From: Candidatus Woesearchaeota archaeon
GTDB lineage: Archaea > Nanobdellota > Nanobdellia > Woesearchaeales > CAZJJJ01
Direction of reading: 5' to 3'
DNA: 39,319 bases
Assembly (NCBI GenBank): GCA_046538795.1
Contig: JBKHIF010000003.1
Coordinates: 1 to 39,319, forward strand
Part shown: piece after piece, positions 28,801 to 37,685 of the stretch
How positions within the stretch are numbered: position 1 is the stretch's first letter
How the letters are laid out: each line of letters opens with the position of its first letter
Made by a program: the position numbers and the translations under genes
Notes under the pieces: model-generated
Databases searched by the model: none
What the model was told of the DNA's origin: nothing
Seen by the model: the letters and a program-made list of their open reading frames with translations, nothing else

Positions 28801-29200
28801 GTTCAGGCATCAATAACCTAAGATCTTGCGAAATATTCTTTTTTTCAAGCTCTTCTATTGAAATATATTCAAGTCTTGAAAATTTATCTGGTTCAGCGAT
28901 TGTTGGTACTCCTGAAATGATTTTTGCAAGAAATTTGTTTGCAACTGCTTTTTTTCCATTTGGTGCAATAAATTCAACATTGCCGAAATATTTTAGTTCA
29001 GACAATTCAATCCTGTTTCCAAGCTCTTCATGAACCTCTCTTAATGCAGTCTTTGAAAGTTCTTCTATTGTTGGATTATCCATATCAAGACATTCTGTCT
29101 TTTCTAGTTTTCCACCAGGAGTTTCATAATGATCATGATCCTTCCTATATAAAAGAAGTATGCTTTTTTCTTTGTATATCAAACAACCTGAAAGTATCAT
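28775..29200 (-). CDS. NUDIX hydrolase
   Basis: PGGKLEKTE...ALREVHEELG Nudix box with an internal insertion. Confidence 0.88.
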   Translation of the reverse strand: MILSGCLIYKEKSILLLYRKDHDHYETPGGKLEKTECLDMDNPTIEELSKTALREVHEELGNRIELSELKYFGNVEFIAPNGKKAVANKFLAKIISGVPTIAEPDKFSRLEYISIEELEKKNISQDLRLLMPELRKYFDVF

Positions 29201-29236
29201 GAAAAATAAGAGAATATCTTGTTATTAAATATTTTA

Positions 29237-30100
29237 TCATGAATAAAAATCTGCTTCAAGGCTTGAGAATCCTGCATCGATCTTTACTTCTATATTATTC
29301 TCATTTTCGTCATAATCTTCGCTATAATAGATATTTCCTTCTTTTCTGAAACCATCAAAATCCTTTGCTGCAAATCCTGAATTTACTTCAATCTTCACAC
29401 CACTATCCTCAGGAAAAGTCATGACAAAAGAACTCATGCCTGTTTTGATACTTGCTTTTGTCGGAGAATTTCCAAATATAATCTCAGTCGATGTCATTCC
29501 ACAATCAATATCAAGGTTTCTCACATTAAGATCTCTTAGGTCTATATCAGCACTAACAACACCATAATCAAGATCAAGGTCTACAGGTATAAGCGGAAAG
29601 ACCTCTATATTCCACAAATTGTTTCCAGAAAACAGATATGCGCTTTCTTCTCGTTTTATCTCAACAGATGCTCTGGTATTGTCTTTTGAGGTGATGAATA
29701 CAGGATCTTTTAAAGAATACGTTGTAATTTCATTTTTCAATAAAGCGCCTGTACCTTTTGATATCTTAATATCTCCCGCACCATAGTCTATGTCAACATC
29801 AAGATGTGTTATTATGCTGTCGATTGGAAAAGTCTGTTCTAGTTCTCTTTGTTCTCCTACACCTGAAAACAAAGAAACTGCAGCTACTATGAGAAGTATG
29901 AATATAGAAATTATTATGACCCATCTATTTTTTATGACTATGGAAAGTCCTATGAAAATAAGAAATACCGGCCAAAATTCAACAAAAAGCTCTCCCAGAG
30001 ATATAGATATGACTCCTGCTTTCCTGAAGATGAAAAATAATCCTAAGAATATCAATATGATGCCTGTTACAATATCCCCTTCGGAATCTTTTTTTGACAT
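29237..30100 (-). CDS. LiaF/DUF5668-type membrane protein with C-terminal beta-solenoid (toast-rack-like) domain
   Basis: GIILIFLGLFF..FWPVFLIFIGL TM block; repeats DIDYGAGDIKI, DLDYGVVSADIDL, DIDCGMTSTEI. Confidence 0.75.
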   Translation of the reverse strand: MSKKDSEGDIVTGIILIFLGLFFIFRKAGVISISLGELFVEFWPVFLIFIGLSIVIKNRWVIIISIFILLIVAAVSLFSGVGEQRELEQTFPIDSIITHLDVDIDYGAGDIKISKGTGALLKNEITTYSLKDPVFITSKDNTRASVEIKREESAYLFSGNNLWNIEVFPLIPVDLDLDYGVVSADIDLRDLNVRNLDIDCGMTSTEIIFGNSPTKASIKTGMSSFVMTFPEDSGVKIEVNSGFAAKDFDGFRKEGNIYYSEDYDENENNIEVKIDAGFSSLEADFYS

Positions 30101-30107
30101 TTTTCAT

Positions 30108-30635
30108 CTATTTGTGTTTTTTGAATAAAAGATAAAGTCCAAGTATTATGAGAAGAGAGGGCCAAACAAAACCGAAATCAAGCCATGCAATGTATCTTTT
30201 CATAAGATAAAAAACTCCTACAAAAATAAGCACGATCCCAAAGATAAGTCCTGTTGTCTTGCTGTGATTCTTATGATCTGTTTTTGTTGATTTTTCTGGT
30301 TCAGAAGTCTTTTCTGCCTTTTTCTCAACCCTTGCCTGTTTTATATCCTTTTTGGGATTGTTATTATCTTTCTTATTTTTCTTGTTCTCTGATTTTACCT
30401 TCCCTATGGCGTCTTCTGCAAAAGTATTTTTTGTCTTAGCCTGATTAGGATTCTCAGGAACTATAGCCCATGCAATAATATAGATCAAGACTCCAAAACC
30501 TTCCATGAAAAGAAGTACGACAAATATCAGTCGTACCCAGACTGAATCTATATCAAAATAATCAGCAAGCCCTCCACATACGCCTGCAATCATCTTATCT
30601 TTCCTTGAACGATATAACTTCTTTTGTTCAGCCAT
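30108..30635 (-). CDS. pspC: PspC-domain protein with C-terminal LiaF-like TM hairpin
   Basis: [41 protein letters not shown]; C-terminal [18 protein letters not shown]. Confidence 0.9.
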   Translation of the reverse strand: MAEQKKLYRSRKDKMIAGVCGGLADYFDIDSVWVRLIFVVLLFMEGFGVLIYIIAWAIVPENPNQAKTKNTFAEDAIGKVKSENKKNKKDNNNPKKDIKQARVEKKAEKTSEPEKSTKTDHKNHSKTTGLIFGIVLIFVGVFYLMKRYIAWLDFGFVWPSLLIILGLYLLFKKHK

Positions 30636-30733
30636 TATGATATCACCAAAAACAGATGTAAGTATTATGAGTCTTATAAATAAATTGTCCTATATATAAA
30701 ATCTTATTATCACTATCTAATCAAAAAGAAAAT

Positions 30734-31342
30734 TCAAAATCTTTTTGGGGCTTGTACTGGATTTCGTCTTCTCTCTTTTGAAATCAATTGCTTAAGCTTA
30801 TCATTTTCTCTCATCAGGCGAAGCTTTTCCTTATCTTCTCTTGCAAGGAAGTGTGCATATTTTGAAAGATCAAAATCCGCTTTTTTTATGTTTTCAGCAA
30901 TCTCAGCGAATCTTATTATCTGGTTCCTTATGTGCGATATCTCTTTTTTTGTTTCAGATAGATTATCGTAAAATTCTTTGTATTGCTTTTCAGTCTCTGA
31001 CAAGAAAGACATCTTTCTTGATATCTCTTCTTTTGCTTCTGAAAGAAATTTGTTTTTTAGCCAGTCCTGCAATAGCCTGAATGATTCTATCCTGTTTTTG
31101 AGATCGCTGTTATTATCTCTCAATCCAGAAACTTCTTTTTCAAAATCTCCTGATATGAAGTTATTCTTTTGATGAAGTTCATTGAATTTCTCAAGCAAAG
31201 TCGATATTTTTTTGTCCTGGGACTGATGATTTTCTGATAGTGTTTCTTTAGTATCCTTCAGTCCTGAATCTATTTTTTCAACTTTTGAGGCCATTTCTGA
31301 AAGTTTTTCTTTCATCTCTTCAAATTCTTTCTTATTGAACAT
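30734..31342 (-). CDS. Coiled-coil hypothetical protein
   Basis: 202 aa, E/K/L-rich heptad pattern. Confidence 0.75.
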   Translation of the reverse strand: MFNKKEFEEMKEKLSEMASKVEKIDSGLKDTKETLSENHQSQDKKISTLLEKFNELHQKNNFISGDFEKEVSGLRDNNSDLKNRIESFRLLQDWLKNKFLSEAKEEISRKMSFLSETEKQYKEFYDNLSETKKEISHIRNQIIRFAEIAENIKKADFDLSKYAHFLAREDKEKLRLMRENDKLKQLISKERRRNPVQAPKRF

Positions 31343-31433
31343 GATATTTTCAGGATAATCATTTTGTTTAAAAAATTATCCGAATTTTTAGTTATCAGTT
31401 AACTTTATAATTAATCACCATATTCCAAAAGAC

Positions 31434-32537
31434 ATGATTCCTGATTCAGCAAAGGCGAGACTAAAGGAGCACTTTAACAATTATAATCTCGACCGCGACA
31501 AGATTAGGCTCATAAGCGGTTCAGCAGAGAACCAGACTTATTCTGAAAAAATTGCAAGGCTTCTTAACGTGGATCTTACAAGATGCCACTGGGAAAAATT
31601 CAAGAATGACGAAACTTATGTGCGTATAGATGAAGGGGTGAGAAGCAGGGATGTCTATCTTATACAAAATCTTGAGCCGCCTCTAGATACAAGAATCATG
31701 GAAGTTCTTCTTTTTGCTGATGCTGCAAAAAGAGGTTCTGCACATAAGGTTTCTGTAATTTTTCCTTGTCTTCCATATTCAAGACAAGACAGGATTTCTG
31801 AAGCAAGAGAACCTATAAGTTCCAAAGTCCTTTCAAAGCTTTTCAGCACATGCGGCATTGACAAAGTAATAACAATTGATCTTCACGCAAACCAGATTGT
31901 AGGTTTTTATGATGATAGAATTTACATCGACAATCTTCCTTCAAGCACGCTTTTCGCTCAGATAATGAACCAATGCCTGATCCAAAAAGATGAAAAATAT
32001 GTAATTGTCTCTCCTGATGCAGGAGGAACAAAACGAGTTGAAAGATTTGCAAAACTTCTTCACCACGATGATGTTGATATTGCATCCATGCAGAAAAAAA
32101 GAGAAAAACATAATGCTGTATCATCTCTCAAACTTGTAGGTAATGTAAAGGATCGAGTTGCAATACTTTATGATGATATTCTAGATACAGGAGGTACACT
32201 TCTAAAAGCAGCAAAAGTTCTGTTAGATGAAGGTGCAGTAAAAGTCCATATAGCAACAACCCATGCACTTCTTAACGGAGACTCAGTAGAGCGTCTTGCA
32301 GAATACCAAACAGAAGGCATAATATCAGATATATTCATCACAGACAGCGTAAGACCTAACAAGGAAAAATATGAGCTTATCAAGAAATCAGGACTTAAAC
32401 TGCATATTATTAACCTCAAGATTCTTTTAGCTGATTGTATTGCAAGGATTGAGACACAAAATCATCTTTCTCCGCTTCATTCTTATAATTACATAGACAG
32501 CCTTTATCACAATATTTTACCTAAATGCATCAAATAA
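31434..32537 (+). CDS. prs: Ribose-phosphate pyrophosphokinase
   Basis: FKNDETYVRI, PYSRQDR, IDLHANQI, VSPDAGG, DDILDTGGT, THAL. Confidence 0.96.
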   Translation: MIPDSAKARLKEHFNNYNLDRDKIRLISGSAENQTYSEKIARLLNVDLTRCHWEKFKNDETYVRIDEGVRSRDVYLIQNLEPPLDTRIMEVLLFADAAKRGSAHKVSVIFPCLPYSRQDRISEAREPISSKVLSKLFSTCGIDKVITIDLHANQIVGFYDDRIYIDNLPSSTLFAQIMNQCLIQKDEKYVIVSPDAGGTKRVERFAKLLHHDDVDIASMQKKREKHNAVSSLKLVGNVKDRVAILYDDILDTGGTLLKAAKVLLDEGAVKVHIATTHALLNGDSVERLAEYQTEGIISDIFITDSVRPNKEKYELIKKSGLKLHIINLKILLADCIARIETQNHLSPLHSYNYIDSLYHNILPKCIK

Positions 32538-32581
32538 GATAGTAATATTTAAAAACAACTTCTGATTTTTCTCTTGAAACT

Positions 32582-32673
32582 AGTCCCGTAGTGTAGTGGC
32601 CAATCATACAAGGCTCTGGTCAATCTTTATTGAGAGAAACCTTGTGACCCAGGTTCGAATCCTGGCGGGACTA
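32582..32673 (+). tRNA. tRNA-Gln(CTG) with 19-nt intron at 37/38 (32620-32638)
   Basis: Acceptor AGTCCCG/CGGGACT, anticodon stem CAAGG/CCTTG, CTG at 32616-32618, canonical BHB (CTCT/AGAG, CAAT/ATTG, two 3-nt bulges), T-loop TTCGAAT. Confidence 0.96.
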
Positions 32674-32848
32674 TTTTCATAGTCCCTTAGAATTCGAACA
32701 TCAGCGGAGAGCAAAGCTCACCTTGAATTTTCCTTTCTATAAGAAAGCAAAATAATCCTGGCGGGACTATTTTCATAGTCCCTTAGAATTCGAACATCAG
32801 CGGAGAGCAAAGCTCACCTTGAATTTTCCTTTCTATAAGAAAGCAAAA
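32658..32848 (+). repeat. 96-bp tandem repeat (2 units) starting inside the tRNA T-loop
   Basis: 32658-32752 is identical to 32754-32848; both begin AATCCTGGCGGGACTA. Confidence 0.95.
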
Positions 32849-32899
32849 CTGCTATTGAAAAGTAAACTTTTTTATATCCTGATTACAAAAATCTACTTT

Positions 32900-33835
32900 A
32901 TGGTTCTTGATTTTGTGACAGGATTAGTAAGCTATGAACCAACTTTTGCAGGAGAAAATATATTGTTCGTATTCATGGCTGCACTCCTGATAATCATGGG
33001 AGTACTAGCAGTATTAACTTCTCTCATAATTTTCATAATAAGCTGCTTTAAGCATTCTATAAGGCTTGATTGCATATTTGATCCTTTGATGAGTGATTTC
33101 AAAAAGATCTACAGAGAAATTTTCAGGTATTATTTTCTCATAACAACAGTAAATTTGATCCCTCTTTTAACATACATCATGTTTCCTTTTATCAGAGAAC
33201 AAATCCTGTATTATTCAATCACGATAGTTTCTGTAATCGCAACTATCTTTCTCCTTATGGTCATAAATTCATCAACAGCCAAATCTTATTACAGATTCAT
33301 AAAAACAAAAAAATTCTCGTTTACATTGATTACAGGAAAACAGTTCTTTACACTTCTTTTTGCAAACTTGTTATACTTCTTTTTGATTTTAGGAGGATTG
33401 GTGGTTTTTGTTTTCCCTGCGATAATATTAGGGCTTATTTTTCCTTTCATAAAATACCCAATAATTGTTGAAAACAAGGGATTTGCAGAAAGCATACAAC
33501 GAGGAGTCCAGCTTTTCAGAAAAGAATTCTGGAACATGGTTTTTTATGTAGGACTATACAGTCTTCTTATCTCTGCTCTTAATTCAGTAACAAACACAGA
33601 TTTTATTTATCTTAATATAATTGGTCTTGTGATCAACTCACTTTTCATAATCCCACTTGGGATATTTCTTATGACAATCATATATGAAAAGATAGAGAAT
33701 GCTTATCTTGAAGATAATTTTAGGTCAAGAAAGACACAAAAGTCAAAAAAACAATTCTTATCAGACATGAAAAAAATAGGCTACAGGGAAAAGCAAATCA
33801 AGGATGCCAAATCTAATAACAAAGAAAAAAAATAA
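32900..33835 (+). CDS. Multi-pass membrane protein of unknown function
   Basis: About 7 hydrophobic segments; ATG 32900 with TATA about 25-30 nt upstream. The track start 32819 lies inside the repeat. Confidence 0.75.
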   Translation: MVLDFVTGLVSYEPTFAGENILFVFMAALLIIMGVLAVLTSLIIFIISCFKHSIRLDCIFDPLMSDFKKIYREIFRYYFLITTVNLIPLLTYIMFPFIREQILYYSITIVSVIATIFLLMVINSSTAKSYYRFIKTKKFSFTLITGKQFFTLLFANLLYFFLILGGLVVFVFPAIILGLIFPFIKYPIIVENKGFAESIQRGVQLFRKEFWNMVFYVGLYSLLISALNSVTNTDFIYLNIIGLVINSLFIIPLGIFLMTIIYEKIENAYLEDNFRSRKTQKSKKQFLSDMKKIGYREKQIKDAKSNNKEKK

Positions 33836-33840
33836 TTGTA

Positions 33841-35151
33841 TTATTTTTTTGTCCTGGATTGTTTTCGAACAGGTGCTTCTGATGCTACAAGAGCAAGTCT
33901 TCTTTTTTCTGCCATGATAACCCAGAAGACTCTTACTGAACTTATGAGTATAGACCCAGTTATAACAATATGTACGATTCCTGCAATCATGTGCATGTTT
34001 TCTATTCCCTGTTGTATCGCAACTTGTACCAAAGCTGCTGCTGCAAGTCCTCTTCCAAAAATGGATGCTATGATCTTCCTGTCAAAAGATCTTTGTTTTT
34101 TTGTAAGGAAATGAGAAAACATCCTTCCAAACATCAGCACAAAAACAGCAACTCCCCCTATAATCATATTTCGTGTATCTGAGAAATCTATTATGATTCC
34201 TATGTAGATAAAAAATATGGTCTTTACAAAAAAAGATATTTCATTATAAAAGAGATGCTGAGATGGTTTCATGGCATTTACGCCCAATTCTCCATTTATG
34301 GCTTTCTTTTTTTCAACCTTAACCTTAGTCGTAACGCCGACAAAGAAGTTTGTAAGGCCTTTTGAATTTCTTAATGTCAGACCAAAAAATAATGCAGACA
34401 GAGCTGCATTTCCTCCAAAAAACTCAGTAACTACTGCTGTTAATATGAGCACTGCAACTGTTAGCATATATTCCTTATTTTCTTTAAAAACATGAGTCTC
34501 AAGAAAAATCCATAATAATGCAAAAAGTATTCCTATGAAAAAAGCGACTGCGACAGAAGACATAAGATTGATTGCTGTCTGTCTGGTACTGAAAGTATTG
34601 AGTTTCATTATGTTGATCATGGAAAGCGAAAAAACTATGCAAAGAACATCTGTAAGCGCTGATTCAAAAGTAAGTTCAGAATAAGTATTTGGGTTTATAG
34701 ATATCTGCTTTAGAAGAGGAATCACAAAACTTGAACTTATTCCTCCAAGCATAAAGCCTGCAAGAAGAGCAAGGTCAAATGGTATCCTGAACAGGAATAA
34801 AACTCCAGTAATCAGACCTACAGATATTATGTAATTTACAAACGTCATGAGAACTCCTGAAGTAAATCCCTTAACTATAGTATCAAGGCTTATCTCAAGA
34901 GAACCATCAAACAAGAGAAAAAGAAGAGCAAAACTTGTGAATACTGAAGTGAAAAAAGGATCAAGATTTGTAACTAAAGATAAACCAAATGGCCCGATAA
35001 GAAAACCAAGTGAAATCAAGAGCAGAGCATCAGGTATAGAAAATCTCCTGAACAGATATTCAGCAAGTTTTCCTAATAATATTACAAGACTTATCCCTAA
35101 AAGTATTGTTGAAGGGTTGGCAAGGTCCATTGAGATTGCAAATAATTCCAC
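33841..35151 (-). CDS. Cation:proton antiporter (NhaP/CPA1 type)
   Basis: IPDALLLISLGFLIGP, LLFDGSL, FESALTD, GRGLAAAAL. Confidence 0.92.
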   Translation of the reverse strand: MELFAISMDLANPSTILLGISLVILLGKLAEYLFRRFSIPDALLLISLGFLIGPFGLSLVTNLDPFFTSVFTSFALLFLLFDGSLEISLDTIVKGFTSGVLMTFVNYIISVGLITGVLFLFRIPFDLALLAGFMLGGISSSFVIPLLKQISINPNTYSELTFESALTDVLCIVFSLSMINIMKLNTFSTRQTAINLMSSVAVAFFIGILFALLWIFLETHVFKENKEYMLTVAVLILTAVVTEFFGGNAALSALFFGLTLRNSKGLTNFFVGVTTKVKVEKKKAINGELGVNAMKPSQHLFYNEISFFVKTIFFIYIGIIIDFSDTRNMIIGGVAVFVLMFGRMFSHFLTKKQRSFDRKIIASIFGRGLAAAALVQVAIQQGIENMHMIAGIVHIVITGSILISSVRVFWVIMAEKRRLALVASEAPVRKQSRTKK

Positions 35152-35246
35152 AACTCATTTTATTGATTCCTTATTTAAATATCTTTGGAAATAAATTCAG
35201 GATGGAGAAAGAAAAGATTTAAAAAAACAATAAATATTGGAATAAT

Positions 35247-36515
35247 ATGGTCATTAAATCATCAAAGGAAAAGATGCATGAAGAGATTTCTCAAGGAATA
35301 TATCGCTTTGTTGTTCCAGGAAATAAGTTCCTTTTTGAGGGTTTCTGGCCTGTAAGAGACGGTGTGACCATGAACTCTTATCTTGTAAAGGGAGAAAAAA
35401 CAGCTCTTATTGATGGAGTTTGGGGAGTTTCTGATACTCCAGAAAAATTTGCACAGATGCTTAAAAAAACAGGAACAGATGCTAAAAATATTGATTATGT
35501 TGTGCTGAATCATCTTGAGCCAGACCACACAGGATGGCTTTCTTATCTTTCTTCTATAAATCCAAAAATTCTGATATATGCATCAGAAAAAGGAGTTGAA
35601 ATTGCAAAAAGCCTCTACAACCTAAAAAATATAAAGGCGGTTAAGACCGGAGACATTCTTGATCTGGGCAGAAGCAAGGTACTTGAGTTTACAGAAATAC
35701 CTAATGTCCACTGGCCTGAAACCATGATGACATTTGAAAAGGATTCAAAGATACTTTTTTGCTGCGATCTTTTTGGAGGATTTGGATACAAAAAGGGTTA
35801 TTATTATGATGATCAAGTATCAGAATTTGATGATTTTTATTATGATGAGTATCTGAGATATTATTCAAATATCATAGGGATGGTGTCTGTTGCATCCAAG
35901 CAGGCAACAATGAAAGTAAAAGATATTCCATACAAGATGATTGCGCCTGGTCATGGATTAATATGGAAGAAAGAGCCCAAGTTTATCGTTAATCTTTATG
36001 AAAAATTTGCCAATTGGCAAAAGAATCCTGAAAAGAAAAAGATAACAGTTGTTGCAGGATCAATGTATGGAAATAGCATGAAAGCTCGTGATTTTGTTCT
36101 TAAAATACTTGACAAGAAAGGTGTTGATTATGAACTTTTCTTTGTTCCAGAAAATCCTTTTGGAGTGCAAAAGAAAAAAAAGCATGTTCCTGGATACCAA
36201 AATGTTTCAGACATATTAAGAAGCGCATGGGAAAGTAAGGGAATGATAATATCTGCTCCCACATATGAATATAAGCTTTTTCCACCAATGGCAGCAGTTC
36301 TTGAAGAACTTGCAAGAAAAAGAATTGGAAACAGGAAAGTTCTTCGCATAGGAAGCTATGGTTGGAGTGGCGGAGCCCAAAGAGATATTGAAAAAATATT
36401 GAGCGATAATTCAGTTTCATGGGAAATGGATGTGTGTGAATTCAAAGGAGCTGCAGACAAAAAATCCCTTTCTGAGATAAGTTCCAAGACCGAATCTCTT
36501 TTGAAATCATTATGA
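35247..36515 (+). CDS. fprA: Flavodiiron protein (FprA family)
   Basis: GVTMNSYL, NHLEPDH, VHWPETM, CDLFG, APGHG, flavodoxin SMYGNS and GSYGWSGGA. Confidence 0.95.
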   Translation: MVIKSSKEKMHEEISQGIYRFVVPGNKFLFEGFWPVRDGVTMNSYLVKGEKTALIDGVWGVSDTPEKFAQMLKKTGTDAKNIDYVVLNHLEPDHTGWLSYLSSINPKILIYASEKGVEIAKSLYNLKNIKAVKTGDILDLGRSKVLEFTEIPNVHWPETMMTFEKDSKILFCCDLFGGFGYKKGYYYDDQVSEFDDFYYDEYLRYYSNIIGMVSVASKQATMKVKDIPYKMIAPGHGLIWKKEPKFIVNLYEKFANWQKNPEKKKITVVAGSMYGNSMKARDFVLKILDKKGVDYELFFVPENPFGVQKKKKHVPGYQNVSDILRSAWESKGMIISAPTYEYKLFPPMAAVLEELARKRIGNRKVLRIGSYGWSGGAQRDIEKILSDNSVSWEMDVCEFKGAADKKSLSEISSKTESLLKSL

Positions 36516-36577
36516 TAAATCGCCTTTCGATAGACTATATAGGGGCAAAATATTAAAACAATGAAATATTTACACTC

Positions 36578-37672
36578 ATGATGGACGATTTAACACCACT
36601 TATAGAGCAAGTCTTCTCTCCTAAAAAAGGGGAAAATGTAGTAATACTAAATGATTTTCCGTCGGATGATCTTGAAATAGATAACGGATTTATAGCAAGG
36701 CGTGCATTTGCAAGAAAATGGCACCATGATTTTCTCAAGCTTTCTGAAAAAAAAGAATTTTCTGTCAATGAAATAATAACCTATGAACCGACAGGCGCAA
36801 ACAATAAGCCTCTTCCAAAAAAAGGCACACAGCTTGGAAAAGAAGTTGATCTTCCTAAACTCCTTGATTCTCTCGGAAAAAAGGATATTGTTATCGCTCT
36901 TACAAAATATTCTGCAACTGCTCCTTTGAAAGAATATGCTGAAAAGAATAATTTCAGAGGCGCATCTATGCCTGGCGTTGACGAAGACATGACAGGTTTT
37001 GAAGCTGATTATTCGCTTGTAAAAAAGAAAGTCGATATTCTGGCAGACAAGCTTACCAAAGCAAAAGGTGCAGCAGTTGAATTTTCTACAGGACACAAGA
37101 TGTTTTTTGATCTTAGGGGAAAGGTTCCTGGGCTAAAAGATAATGGAGACATAACAAAATCTGGAAAAACAGGCAACCTTCCTGCAGGTGAAGCATACAC
37201 ATGCCCATACGAAGGCTTTGAAAAGAAGCTTGGAAAGAGTCTCACAAAAGGAGAGATACCAATGTATATCAAGGAAGAAAGGATGATCCTTAAAGTTTCA
37301 GAAAACAAGATAATAGATATAGTTGGAATAGGACCTAAGGCAGAAGAGCTAAAAAGATTTTTTGAAGAGGATGATGCAAGAAGATATATCGCTGAACTTG
37401 GTCTTGGATGTAATGAGAAAGCAGAATTTTGCGGAAAGACAATCCAGGATGAAAAGATCGAAGGCATGCATTTTGCTTATGGCTATAATGGTCATTTTGG
37501 CGGAGAGATCATAAAAAAGAAATTCAAATCAGAAGATACTATAGTTCATCAAGACATCGTATACAGCACAAGTGCAAAAGTGCATGTAAAACTTCTAGAA
37601 CTGATCTATGATGACGGCTCAAAAGAAACAATACTTGAAGAAGGTAAATATATTGATGGATTATTTGATTGA
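36578..37672 (+). CDS. M29-like (thermophilic metallo-) aminopeptidase
   Basis: GNLPAGEAY, IAELGLG, QDEK, HFAYG, HQD. Confidence 0.85.
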   Translation: MMDDLTPLIEQVFSPKKGENVVILNDFPSDDLEIDNGFIARRAFARKWHHDFLKLSEKKEFSVNEIITYEPTGANNKPLPKKGTQLGKEVDLPKLLDSLGKKDIVIALTKYSATAPLKEYAEKNNFRGASMPGVDEDMTGFEADYSLVKKKVDILADKLTKAKGAAVEFSTGHKMFFDLRGKVPGLKDNGDITKSGKTGNLPAGEAYTCPYEGFEKKLGKSLTKGEIPMYIKEERMILKVSENKIIDIVGIGPKAEELKRFFEEDDARRYIAELGLGCNEKAEFCGKTIQDEKIEGMHFAYGYNGHFGGEIIKKKFKSEDTIVHQDIVYSTSAKVHVKLLELIYDDGSKETILEEGKYIDGLFD

Positions 37673-37685
37673 ATCAATATAAATA

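Noticed and set aside
30734-31342. PspA/ESCRT-III homolog next to pspC
   Set aside because: Only generic coiled-coil character, and pspC appears to have its own TATA box; a structure search is needed.
27907-32673. Genomic island bounded by the two tRNA-Gln genes
   Set aside because: Both are complete, different isoacceptors with their own promoters, and the enclosed genes include prs.
27977-32699. Integron attC sites in the fold-back hairpins
   Set aside because: The order is GTT...AAC, the opposite of RYYYAAC...GTTRRRY, and there is no IntI; kept only as an analogy.
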